DNA of 64,000 nt from Thermoanaerobaculia bacterium. GTDB lineage: Bacteria; Acidobacteriota; Thermoanaerobaculia; Multivoradales; JAGPDF01. The number at the start of each line of letters is the position of its first letter. Positions within the stretch are counted from its first letter, which is position 1. The position numbers and the translations under genes are program-made. The DNA lies in assembly GCA_963821905.1 (NCBI GenBank), contig CAWGFP010000007.1, positions 35,116 to 99,115 of the forward strand. The letters are read 5' to 3'. The notes under the pieces are model-generated. The model worked only from the letters and a program-made list of their open reading frames with translations. It did no database searches and was not told the DNA's origin. Of this stretch, positions 33,955 through 45,127 are shown in pieces.

Positions 33955-35295
33955 CTAGCGCAGCAAACCGCGCAGCGCCTTCTCGACCCGCCGCACGCCC
34001 TCGTCGGCTTCGTCGGCGGTGAGGTTCAGCGCCGGCCGGAAGCGGATGGCGCGCGATCCCGACGAGAGGCCGAGCACGTTGGCCTCGTTCAGGGCGGCGA
34101 GCGCCGCCTTGCGAGTTTCGCCGTCCGGCAGATCGAAAGCCACGAACATGCCGCGGCCACGGGCGCTGGTGACCTGGCCCGGGAAGGCCGTCTCCAGGCG
34201 GTGCAGGTTGTCGAGCAGCCGCTCGCCCACGCGGGTCACGTTGTCGAGCAGGTTGTCCTCCTCGATGATCTCGATGATGCGCGTGCAGCGCACCATGTCG
34301 ACCAGGTTGCCGCCCCAGGTGGAGTTGATGCGGCTCGAGACCTTGAACACCGAGTCCACCTCGTCGAGACGGCGCGAGGCGGCGATGCCGCAGACCTGGG
34401 TCTTCTTGCCGAACGAGATGATGTCGGGCACGACGCCGAAGTGCTCGAATGCCCACCATTTGCCGGTGGTGCCGAAGCCGGTCTGCACCTCGTCGAAGAT
34501 GAGCAGGAACTCGTGCTCGTCGGCCAGCCGGCGCAGCTCGTGGAGGAACTCGGGGCGGAAGTGGTTGTCGCCGCCTTCTCCCTGGATGGGCTCGATGATC
34601 AGCGCCGCGATCTGATCCGGGTTGTCGCGCAGCGCCTGCTCGATCTCGGCAACCGTCTGGCGTTCGGCGCCTTTGACCTGCTCGATCACCACGTCGGTGA
34701 CCGGGAACGAGAGCTTGGGGTTCGAGACCCGCGGCCAGGGGAACTTGGGGAAGTTCTCGATCTTGCGCGGGTCGGTGTTGGTGAGCGAGAGCGAGTAGCC
34801 GCTGCGGCCGTGGAAGGCTTCCTTGAAGTGCAGGATCATGTAGCCCTTGTCGCCCTTGCCGGCGGCCAGGTTCTTGCGCACTTTCCAATCGAAGGCCGCC
34901 TTGAGCGCGTTCTCGACCGCCAGGCTGCCGCCCTCGATGAAGAAGAGATGGTGCGAGAGCTCCTCCGGCAGCGTACGCGCGAAGGTCTCGACGAAGGTCG
35001 CCATCTCGGTGGTGTAGATGTCGGAATTGGCGAGCTTGTTGAGCGCCGCACCGACCAGCCTCTCGCGGGTGTCGGCGTCCACCATCTTGGGATGGTTGTA
35101 GCCCAGCGGGATGGTCGCGAAGCTGGTGTAGAAGTCGAGGACCTCGCGGTCCTTGGAGCTGTCGTAGATGAAGGAGCCGTGGCTGCGCTCGAGGTCCTGC
35201 ACGAGGTGGTAGCCGTCCACCAGCATGTGGCGCTTGAGCACGTCGTGGACTTCGCGCGGGCTGACGCGGGGCGCGGTCGGGGCGGTCGTCGACAT
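33955..35295 (-). CDS. lat: L-lysine 6-transaminase (class III PLP aminotransferase)
   Basis: Intact 446-aa ORF with AAGGAG upstream: HMLVDGYHLVQDLERSHGSFIYD, FATIPLGYNHP, HFKEAFHGRSGY, EPIQGEGGDNHF, IFDEVQTGFG, SFGKKTQVCG (PLP Lys). It is close to the Lat pattern as I know it from actinobacterial Lat. Confidence 0.85.
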   Translation of the reverse strand: MSTTAPTAPRVSPREVHDVLKRHMLVDGYHLVQDLERSHGSFIYDSSKDREVLDFYTSFATIPLGYNHPKMVDADTRERLVGAALNKLANSDIYTTEMATFVETFARTLPEELSHHLFFIEGGSLAVENALKAAFDWKVRKNLAAGKGDKGYMILHFKEAFHGRSGYSLSLTNTDPRKIENFPKFPWPRVSNPKLSFPVTDVVIEQVKGAERQTVAEIEQALRDNPDQIAALIIEPIQGEGGDNHFRPEFLHELRRLADEHEFLLIFDEVQTGFGTTGKWWAFEHFGVVPDIISFGKKTQVCGIAASRRLDEVDSVFKVSSRINSTWGGNLVDMVRCTRIIEIIEEDNLLDNVTRVGERLLDNLHRLETAFPGQVTSARGRGMFVAFDLPDGETRKAALAALNEANVLGLSSGSRAIRFRPALNLTADEADEGVRRVEKALRGLLR

Positions 35296-35421
35296 GAGGC
35301 TCTCCTTCGAGACTTGCTGGGCGTTCCTTGAGGGGTTTGGGGCCCGGCGCTGCGGCTTCCGGTGCCGGCTCAGCCTACCACAGCGGCTGGTGACCGATGG
35401 TAAGTCTTTTGTTTTATTGGG

Positions 35422-36579
35422 CTAACGACCGATGGGCACACTGGCCGGAGTGGAGCGGCGGATCGGCTTGCCGGCGACGGCGGTCTGATTGCGGCCGGTC
35501 TCCTTGGCGACGTACATGGCGGCATCGGCGAGGCGCAGGAGGGTGCTCTTGGCGTGATCGACGCTGAGAGTCGCTTGCGTGTGGCGCCGCAAACTGGCCA
35601 CTCCGATCGAACAGGTGAGTCCCTTCAAGTCGAGGATCTCGGGCAGGATCTCACCCGGCGCCGAGCAGAAAGTCTGGGAGAGGATGGCGCCGCGCACGTT
35701 CTCGGCGAACGTGACCGCGGGCGCCAAGCCGACCTCGGGCAGAGCGAGCACGAATTCGTCGCCCCCGTAACGCGCCGCCAGCCAATCGGGTTCGTGGCCG
35801 CGAGCCATGGCGCGCAGCAGGTGGCCGACCTCGCGCAGCACCTGGCTTCCCGCCAGGTGGCCGTGGCTGTCGTTGACCCGCTTGAAGAAATCGAGGTCGA
35901 GAAAGAGCACGGTCAGGTCCTGGCCCGCCTGGCGCGTGCTGCGAATCGACTGCTCGAGGGCGATGTGGAGGTAGCGGTCGTTGTACAGGCCGGTGAGGTT
36001 GTCCCGCCGCGCGATCTCTTGCGCCTGGCGGCCGTCGAGCACGTTCTCGATCGAGATCGAAAGGTAGCCGGCGAAGATCGCCAGCAGGTCCCGATCCAGA
36101 TCGCTGTAGCCGGTGGCGCCGTGACGGTTGATCAGCTCGAGCACGCCGCACACGTCGGTGCCGATGCGAATCGGTACCGCGACGATCGACTCCGTCGTGT
36201 ACTCGGTCTTCTCGTCGACACCCGCCCAGAAAAAGCGGTCCTTCTGCACGTCGGGCGCGAAATACGCCTGACCCGACATGTAGACGTGGCCGGCGATGCC
36301 GCGATCGGCGGGAATGCGCTGGCCGAGCAGGCCCTCGGACTTCTCGCCGAACGCGGCGATGAAGGTCAGCTGGTTGCGCTGCCGTTCAGTCGTTTTCTCG
36401 GAGGGATTGTCGAGCAGAATCGAGCCGGCCGATGACGGCACGAACTCGTTGGCCTTGCGCAGCACTTCGGCGAGATGCTCGACGAGGCTGATCTCGAGCA
36501 CCAGCTCGGGATTCGCGCGCCGGCGCTCCAGGAAGCGCTCCAAACCTGCCGCATCGAGGCAGTGGACGGTCCCGGCCAT
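35422..36579 (-). CDS. GAF domain-containing diguanylate cyclase (GGDEF)
   Basis: Intact 385-aa ORF. An N-terminal GAF-like domain is followed by RRDNLTGLYNDRYL, FLDLDFFKRVNDSHGHLAGSQVL and ARYGGDEFVLAL. No RxxD I-site lies 5 aa upstream of GGDEF (HEPD instead). Confidence 0.9.
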   Translation of the reverse strand: MAGTVHCLDAAGLERFLERRRANPELVLEISLVEHLAEVLRKANEFVPSSAGSILLDNPSEKTTERQRNQLTFIAAFGEKSEGLLGQRIPADRGIAGHVYMSGQAYFAPDVQKDRFFWAGVDEKTEYTTESIVAVPIRIGTDVCGVLELINRHGATGYSDLDRDLLAIFAGYLSISIENVLDGRQAQEIARRDNLTGLYNDRYLHIALEQSIRSTRQAGQDLTVLFLDLDFFKRVNDSHGHLAGSQVLREVGHLLRAMARGHEPDWLAARYGGDEFVLALPEVGLAPAVTFAENVRGAILSQTFCSAPGEILPEILDLKGLTCSIGVASLRRHTQATLSVDHAKSTLLRLADAAMYVAKETGRNQTAVAGKPIRRSTPASVPIGR

Positions 36580-36615
36580 GGTGACGGAAGAGTCTACAGG
36601 GTTTTGCCGGCCGGC

Positions 36616-38367
36616 TCAGCGGAGCGCGCGCAGGAGCCGCCGCGAGCGATCGACGACGTCGCCGCGCAGGCTGTCGGCGGCGGCAAGCTGCGGTGCGTAG
36701 CGCAGGTAGTGGAGGTCGTCGGCCAGCCGTTTGAGGTTCTCTGCGGATTGCGGATCCACTCCTCGCCGCGCCAGCTCTTCGGGCCACTGGGGCGACGGCG
36801 TGCCGGGGGCGAGCTCGAAGCGCGCCGCGAGGAAGTCGCGCCAGGCTTCCTCGATCAGCGCCGCGGCTTGGCGGGGCCTCTCCTCGTGGGCCGCTTGGCG
36901 CAGGCGGGCGTCGGTCGAGCGCGCCGCGCTGCGCTGCGATGAGCCCGCGCGGCGGGCCAACCAGACACCCAGGAGGGCGATCAACCCACCGCTGGCAGCC
37001 GCGCCGATCCAGGGCATGAACTGCCCCCAGCGAGCGGCACCCGTCGCGCGTTCCGGCCCGGCCGGCGCTGCCGTCGGCGACGCGGCGGGTGCCGGTGCGG
37101 CGGCGATCAACGGGGTGGCGCGCAGGCTGAGCGGTGGCGCCGCGGCAACCTTGTAGGACGCGCTCGAGGGATCGAAATAGGGCACCTCGATGGCGCCGAT
37201 CGTGAAGTCGCCGGCCTTCTCCGGCACCAATACGTAACTCCAGGTGCGGCGTCCTCCGATATTCGTGCCGTTGGTGTGCTCCGCGGAGTCCTTCTGCGGC
37301 GGGAACTGTTTGAGTCCAGGGGGCAGCGTGAGCGCCGGATCTTGCAGTCCTTGGAGGTTGCCGTCCCCACTCAGGGAGAGGATGAGGGTCGCCGCGTCGC
37401 CCTGGAGGACCTGATCGCGGTCTAGCTTCGCCTCCAGCGCCAGCCGGCCGACAGCGCCGCGGAAGCCGGTTGGCGCGGGCGGCAGCGGAACGATGTCGAG
37501 GTTGACGGCATTGGTGGTCCGATGCAACTCCTCGATGCTCGACAGCATCGGCCCGAACGCGCTCCCGTCGGCCACCCGCAGGCCGATGTCGATGGCGAAC
37601 GGCTCGATCGTCGCCGCCCCCGCGGTGAGTGGGAACAGCGCTCGCTGCATGAGCGCCACGCGGCCGTAGCGCTCGCCCTGTTCCTCGACCATGTCGGCCC
37701 GGCTGCGCTGTGGCAGCTCGAGCTCGCGCACCCAGAAGCCGCGAAAGGCCGGCAAGGCGCGCGGATTCACCGACGTGACATCGCCCTGGGTGTAGAGGTA
37801 GACGGTGTAGGTGATCTGCTGGCCGATGTACGCCCGCTCAGGTGAAGCGACGGCGCGCAGGAAGAGCTTGGGTCGCGTGTACTGAGGCGCGCGCCGCGGC
37901 CGGCCGAAGAAATCCTCGAAAGGGTCGGGGAAGCCCGCATGGGGCGAGGCAGCGCGCGGTGCCGGTCCGGCACCGACCGGCTCCTGCTGCACCGCGACTT
38001 CCTGGTCGGGAAGCTGGTAGATCTGACCGCCGATCTCGACGTTCACACCGCGCACCCTGGCCGGGCCGATCCCCTTCGGCGCCAGCTGCCAGACCAGCAG
38101 CAGGGTGCGCGAAGCGGCGCCGTTGACCCAGCGAAAGCTCTCCGAGCGCTGCGGTCCGCTGGCAATCTCGAGGTTCTCGAGGTTGAAGTGCGGCTGCGCC
38201 GAGATGCTGCCGATGCCGCTCGAGCGCACCTCGATGGTGAGCATGGTCGATTCATCGACGCCGATGCGGTTCGCGTCGAGCTGCGCCTGGACAGTGATAT
38301 CGGCGGCCGCGGGCACGGCCGCCAGGAGCGCCGCTGCGGCGACCAGCGGAATGAAACGCGCCCTCAC
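36616..38367 (-). CDS. batD: BatD-like oxygen-tolerance protein
   Basis: GTG at 38365-38367 overlaps the upstream stop (GTGA). It has signal peptide VRARFIPLVAAAALLAAVPAAA, a repeated beta-rich body and a C-terminal TM (WIGAAASGGLIALLGVWLA). Its position is last in the Bat operon. Confidence 0.75.
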   Translation of the reverse strand: MRARFIPLVAAAALLAAVPAAADITVQAQLDANRIGVDESTMLTIEVRSSGIGSISAQPHFNLENLEIASGPQRSESFRWVNGAASRTLLLVWQLAPKGIGPARVRGVNVEIGGQIYQLPDQEVAVQQEPVGAGPAPRAASPHAGFPDPFEDFFGRPRRAPQYTRPKLFLRAVASPERAYIGQQITYTVYLYTQGDVTSVNPRALPAFRGFWVRELELPQRSRADMVEEQGERYGRVALMQRALFPLTAGAATIEPFAIDIGLRVADGSAFGPMLSSIEELHRTTNAVNLDIVPLPPAPTGFRGAVGRLALEAKLDRDQVLQGDAATLILSLSGDGNLQGLQDPALTLPPGLKQFPPQKDSAEHTNGTNIGGRRTWSYVLVPEKAGDFTIGAIEVPYFDPSSASYKVAAAPPLSLRATPLIAAAPAPAASPTAAPAGPERATGAARWGQFMPWIGAAASGGLIALLGVWLARRAGSSQRSAARSTDARLRQAAHEERPRQAAALIEEAWRDFLAARFELAPGTPSPQWPEELARRGVDPQSAENLKRLADDLHYLRYAPQLAAADSLRGDVVDRSRRLLRALR

Positions 38368-39170
38368 CAGTCGCGCTCCCCGGTGGCTCGCCGACGCGTG
38401 CGGCGCGCCGCCTCGGCCTTGCGCTGCTGGCGCTCCAGGTTCTCGACCGACTCGAGGACTGCCGCCGCCTGCTGGGCCGTCATGTCGGGTTGATCCTTGA
38501 AACCCTCGAGCGGCTTGGGCTGCTGCTGACCCTGCGACGACGGCGGTCCGCCTTGCGGGGGCTGTTGCGCGCCCTGCTGGTCGGGTTGCGGATTCTCCGG
38601 GTCCGGCTTCGGCGGCTGCGGCTGCGAATCGTCGCCCTGGCCTTGCCCTTGGCTTTGCTCCTGCTGGCCTGGCTGTCCGCCGCCGGGAGCTTCGCGCGGT
38701 TTTTTCGCTTGACGCTCGTGGTCGAGCTGGCGCAGAGCGAGCTCGAGGTTGTGCTTGGCGTCCGCCGCGGCCGGATCGAGTCGCAACGCCTGCTTCAACG
38801 CTTCGACCGCGCCCGCCGCGTCGCCAGCGCCGAGGCGCGCGCTGCCGAGGTCGTAGTGCGCCGCCGGCGCGAGATCCGCAGCCGCCCCGGTCGCCGCCTG
38901 TTCGAGGAAGGGCAGCGCGCCCTTGGGATCGTCGGCCGCGAGGTGGCCGGCGCCGGCGTTGAACTGCACCAGCGGATCCTGCGGCGCCAGGCGGGCCGCG
39001 GTCTCGAGCGGCCGCACCGCCGCTTTGGGATCCTGCTGCGCCATCGCGGTCGCGGTGCGCTCGCGCGGGTTCCACAGCCAGCGCTCAGCCCAGGCAGGGA
39101 GGTGGAGGAAGCTCGGCAGCGGGATGGCAGCGAGCGAGGCGGCGAGGGCGAGCCCGGGCAGAGTCAGCAT
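38364..39170 (-). CDS. batC: BatC-like TPR protein with a Gln/Pro-rich low-complexity C-terminal half
   Basis: The ATG at 39168-39170 overlaps the batB stop by 1 nt (TGATG). It has a TM/signal segment, TPR-like helices (AAHYDLGSARLGAGDAAGAVEALKQALRLDP), then GGGQPGQQEQSQGQGQGDDSQPQPPKPDPENPQPDQQGAQQPPQGG. Confidence 0.7.
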   Translation of the reverse strand: MLTLPGLALAASLAAIPLPSFLHLPAWAERWLWNPRERTATAMAQQDPKAAVRPLETAARLAPQDPLVQFNAGAGHLAADDPKGALPFLEQAATGAAADLAPAAHYDLGSARLGAGDAAGAVEALKQALRLDPAAADAKHNLELALRQLDHERQAKKPREAPGGGQPGQQEQSQGQGQGDDSQPQPPKPDPENPQPDQQGAQQPPQGGPPSSQGQQQPKPLEGFKDQPDMTAQQAAAVLESVENLERQQRKAEAARRTRRRATGERDW

Positions 39171-40183
39171 CAGGCGTTTCCCTCTGCGATGTCGAACGAC
39201 CGAAACGGCCGCACCAGAAGGAGCACGGCCAGCGCCGCGGCGGCGAGGAGCAGCGGCCACTGGAAGCGCTCCTCGAGCGTCGAGACCGATTGGCTGTCGA
39301 GCGAACGTTTCTCCATGGCGCGGACCCGCTCGACCACCGGCGCGAGGTCGGTCGCCGGCGAGGTGGCGCGGAGGTACTTACCGCCGGTTTCGGTCGCCAG
39401 CTTCTCGAGCGCTTCTTCGCCCAGGCGCGAGACGACGACCCGGCCTTCGCGATCACGCTTGAAGGCGTTGGGCTCGCCGGCCAGCGGCAGCGGCGATCCT
39501 TGCGGCGTGCCGACGCCGATGGCGTGCAGCGTGATGCCCGCCTCGCTCAGCTTGCGAGCGGCATCCTCCAGGCCACCGCCCTGGTCCTCGCCGTCGGAGA
39601 GCAGCACCACGGCGCGATGCTTCTTGCCGCCCGGCGGGAAGAGCTGGATCGCCTGCTCGAGCGGCGCGCCGAGCACCGTTCCCGGCGTGGGCAGCGAGCT
39701 GGGCTCCACCGTGTCGAGCAACAGATCGATCACCGCCGCGTCGACGGTGAGCGGCGCCATCACCACGCCCTCACCCTCGGCTTGAACGAGCGCCACCCGG
39801 TTGCCGGGCAAGTCTTCCACCATCCGGCGCATCAGCGCCTTGGCGGCGAAGAGGCGCGACGGCGGGACGTCCACCGCCGCCATCGAGAGCGAGGAGTCGA
39901 GCACGAAGACCACGTCGACGCCTTGACGCTCGACGGTCTCGGTGCGCTCTCCCCAGCGCGGCCGCGCCAGGCCGAGCGCGGTGCCGAGGATGGCCACCCC
40001 CAGGCCGAGCACTGCCAGGACAGTGCGGCGGCGTGTGGCGCCGACCCCGAGCCGGTTCCACAAGCCGCGGCCGGCCCACTCGCTCTGCGCTCCGAGGCGC
40101 CGCCGCCATGCCCAGGACGCGAGCGCCGCCGCGGCCGGCGCGACCAGCAAGAGCAGGAGCAGGCGCGGCGAAGCGAAGTTCAT
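39170..40183 (-). CDS. batB: VWA domain-containing protein BatB
   Basis: ATGA overlap with batA. Reads MNFASPRLLLLLLVAPAAAA and has the MIDAS segment VDVVFVLDSSLSM plus VLLSDGEDQGG, with a C-terminal TM. Confidence 0.85.
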   Translation of the reverse strand: MNFASPRLLLLLLVAPAAAALASWAWRRRLGAQSEWAGRGLWNRLGVGATRRRTVLAVLGLGVAILGTALGLARPRWGERTETVERQGVDVVFVLDSSLSMAAVDVPPSRLFAAKALMRRMVEDLPGNRVALVQAEGEGVVMAPLTVDAAVIDLLLDTVEPSSLPTPGTVLGAPLEQAIQLFPPGGKKHRAVVLLSDGEDQGGGLEDAARKLSEAGITLHAIGVGTPQGSPLPLAGEPNAFKRDREGRVVVSRLGEEALEKLATETGGKYLRATSPATDLAPVVERVRAMEKRSLDSQSVSTLEERFQWPLLLAAAALAVLLLVRPFRSFDIAEGNA

Positions 40184-41189
40184 GGCTCGGCCGTCCATCC
40201 GGCGAGCGCCGCCGGGAGGGGCAGCAGCAGGAGCGCCAATGCCGTCCAGGCGAACGGCATGAAAACTTCGCGATAGCGGACGTAGCGTTTGACCTGAAGC
40301 GGCGTCTTCTCGAGCCGGTCGATGTCGACGAAAACGTCGCGCAGCGCCTCTTGATCGGTGGCACGGTAGAAGCGGCCGCCGGTGCGGGTGGCGATTTCGG
40401 CGAGCAGCTTCTCGTCCACCTGCAGGTTCATCATCACGCGGCGGATCTCGCGCTCGCCGGTCAGCGGGTTGGTAACCGGCACCGGCACCGGAGCGCGGCC
40501 CTCGGTGCCGACGCCGATGGTATAGACCTTGATCCCCAGGCCCTTGGCGACCGCCGCGGCCGAGAGCGGGTCGATCTCGCCGGCGTTGTTGACGCCGTCG
40601 GTGACCAGGACGATGACCTTGCTCTTCGCGTCGCTGTCCTTGAGGCGCGCCGCGGCGGTGGCGAGGGCGACGCCGATCGCGGTGCCGTCGGGCAGGGTGT
40701 TGAGCTCGACCGAATCGACCAGCAGGTCGAGCATGGCGCGGTCGGTGGTGAGCGGCGCGCGGGTGAGCGCCGCGCCCGAGAAGACCACGACGCCGATGCG
40801 GTCGGCCGGCCGCTTGCCGATGAAGTCCTTGACCACCGCTTTGGCCACCGTGAGCCGGTCCTTGGGCTGGAAATCCTCGGCGCCCATGCAGCCCGAGATG
40901 TCGAGCACGATCTGGATGTCGATGCCCTCGGTCTGGCTCTCCTCCCAGGAGTAGCCGAGCTGCGGCCGGGCGAGCGCCACGATCAGCGCGGCGAGCGCCA
41001 GCAACCGGGCGTAGAACGGCAGGTGGAGCCGGACACCGCCGCGCGCTCCGCGCGGCAGACGGCTGTAGGTCAGCGCGCCGAACGCCCGCTGGCTGTGGTG
41101 ACGCACCGCCAGCAACGGCACCGCCAGGAGCGCAGCAGCAGCCACGGGTGCTGGAAGTGCGGCAGCGTAGCGGCTCCGAGCTCGTTCAC
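40180..41189 (-). CDS. batA: VWA domain-containing protein BatA (one frame change near 41140)
   Basis: GTG at 41187-41189 overlaps the upstream stop (GTGA) and reads VNELGAATLPHFQHPWLLL. It then shifts to LLAVPLLAV... and continues with MIDAS IDIQIVLDISGCM, VLVTDGVNNAG and a C-terminal TM. Confidence 0.85.
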
Positions 41190-42131
41190 GCGGTGGCCTT
41201 CAACGCAACCGGAGCGGGATTGAGATGCTGATCGATGGCGGTCGCCATTTCGCGCGCCGCCGCCAGGCGCTGCGCGAGCTCGGCTGGAGTCGTCTCCCCG
41301 CGCGCGAACTTGATGCCGTCGCAGTCGCGCAGCAGCCGGGTGGCGCGCTGCGCGATGTCGCCCGGCAGGTGCCGGCCACGCAGCTGACGCTGGATCTCGC
41401 TGGTGGTCGATCTCGGGGGCGGGGAAGTCGAGGGCGCGGCCGAAGTAGCGCCGCAGCGCCAGAGACAGTGCGGTGTGGTTGCGCTCGAGCGGCGCCGGAC
41501 CGGCTTGCTCGATCGCCGCCAGCCGGGCCAGGAGCTCGTCGAGCGGCGAGAGCGCCGGGGTCTGCTCGCCGCGCTCGGCGGCCGACGAGCGGCGGCGCCG
41601 CCAGAGGAGAATCGCCGCCAGGGCGAGGCAAAGCGCGAGCCCGCCGGCGAGGGTCCACCAGAAGCGATCTCCCGAGGGCAGCGCCCGGGCCGGCAGTGGC
41701 GGCTTCGGCTGCGGTTCCGCCTCTCCCGGCGGCAGCACCGAGCGCACCCGCAGCGCGAGGTCGCTCGGAGTAGTGAGCTCGCCTGCCGCGGGGAGCGCAA
41801 CGGCTACCGCTGGCAGCGCCACCTCGCCGGTGCGAAATGCCGCCAGGGTCAACGTCTGCCGCACCGACCACCGCGCCGGCGACCTCGCTGCGCTGCGGCG
41901 GTCCGGCCTCCACGATCTCGGCCTCGCCCCAGGTCTTGCCCCAGGCGGGAAAGCGCGGCTCGCCGGCGAGCTCGCCGGTCGCGGCTTCGAGAACGAGAGT
42001 GGCCCGCACCCGATCGCCGACCGTGGTCTCGGCGGGCTCCACCTCGACGCGCAGCGTCGCGGCACTTGCCGCGCACCGCGTGGCTGCGAGCAGCGCAAGA
42101 GCGGCGAAAAGAGCTCGCCGCAGGGCCGCCT

Positions 42132-42135
<4 letters not shown>
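41186..42135 (-). CDS. DUF4381-like membrane protein of the Bat operon, frame changes
   Basis: ATG at 42133-42135 overlaps the DUF58 stop (ATGA). It has signal peptide MKAALRRALFAALALLAA, a TM FWWTLAGGLALCLALAAILLW, then ALSLALRRYFGRALDFPA..TTSEIQRQL...LLRDCDGIKFARGE, spread over 3 frames. Confidence 0.6.
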
Positions 42136-43077
<942 letters not shown>

Positions 43078-43092
43078 CCGGGCTGCCTCGCT

Positions 43093-44091
<999 letters not shown>

Positions 44092-44287
44092 GAGAATCCC
44101 TCCGAGGGCCGAGCAAAGTGCAAGCCGAGTGCCACGGAAAACATTGATCACACACTAGCTTGCGCCCTTCCAGCGGGCGTCTGGAGGCGGCGGCTGCGCG
44201 AGTCCTGGACTCTTGACGCCATTCTGGCCTTCGCGCTGACGCCCGGGCCGCCAGAAACGGCTGCAACTCTTGATACCGTAACGGCTT

Positions 44288-45082
44288 GTGAGTCGCCGCC
44301 CGCCGCTAAGGAAAGCTCTCGGGCAGCACCACCTTCGGCGCGGCGAATCCTGCGCACCGTTGATCGATTTCCTGGCCCCGCAGGGGGCTCGTGTCTTCGA
44401 GGTGGGCCCGGGCGCCGGCGTGCTCACCGAGCCGCTCTTGGCGGCAGGCGCGCGCCACGTCGTGGCCTGGGAGCTGGATCCGGCGTGGGCCTTTGCGTTG
44501 CGCCGGACCGTCCGCGATCCTCGCCTGCAGCTGGTCGTGGGAGACGCGCTGGAGGCGCCGTGGTTTCGGCTCGAGGCGGGCACCCGGGTGGCGGGGAATC
44601 TGCCCTACAACGTGGCGACGGCGATCATCGACCGGGTGCTCGACGCTCACGAGAGGGTGCCTGCGGCTGCCTTCCTGGTGCAGCTCGAAGTCGCCCAGCG
44701 GCTGGCCGCGTCCCCGGGCGATGCCGACTATGGGTCGACCAGCGTACTGACTCGGGCGCGAGCCGAGGTGAGCGTGCTCGGCCACGTCCGACCGGGAGCT
44801 TTCAATCCGCCGCCCAAGGTCGACAGTGCGTTTGTCGGCTTTCGGCTGCGCTCTCCGGACCAGCACGGCTCGGAGTGGGCCGGCTTTCGGACCGTGGTAC
44901 GGGCGGCCTTCAGTCAACGGCGCAAGACGCTGCGCAACGCGCTGGCCTCGGTGTGGGGGCTCGAGGCCGCCGAATCGGCTCTCGCCGAGCTCGGATGGGA
45001 CCCGCGCACGCGCGCCGAAGCGCTCGACCTAGCGGACTTCAGCGCCCTGCAGCGGGCCCTCGCTCTTTTCATAAAGCTCTGA
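44288..45082 (+). CDS. rsmA: 16S rRNA (adenine1518/1519-N6)-dimethyltransferase
   Basis: Intact 264-aa ORF (GTG start): LGQHHL, VFEVGPGAGVLTEPL, GNLPYNVATAII, and a C-terminus typical of KsgA. Confidence 0.9.
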   Translation: MSRRPPLRKALGQHHLRRGESCAPLIDFLAPQGARVFEVGPGAGVLTEPLLAAGARHVVAWELDPAWAFALRRTVRDPRLQLVVGDALEAPWFRLEAGTRVAGNLPYNVATAIIDRVLDAHERVPAAAFLVQLEVAQRLAASPGDADYGSTSVLTRARAEVSVLGHVRPGAFNPPPKVDSAFVGFRLRSPDQHGSEWAGFRTVVRAAFSQRRKTLRNALASVWGLEAAESALAELGWDPRTRAEALDLADFSALQRALALFIKL

Positions 45083-45127
45083 AAGTGCTAGACTTTCGCG
45101 GTCAGGACGAACCCAAGACGACGCCGA

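Noticed and set aside
36616-39075. An 819-aa track ORF that could be read as a giant BatD fusion.
   Set aside because: The first ~235 aa are an alternate frame of batC (Arg/Gly/Ala-rich nonsense). A GTG at 38367 overlapping the batC stop gives a proper signal peptide and a normal BatD length. The same logic applies to 23992..25917 (alternate frame of mqnC), 1011..2261, 20258..21589 and 5382..7034 (longer N-termini rejected).
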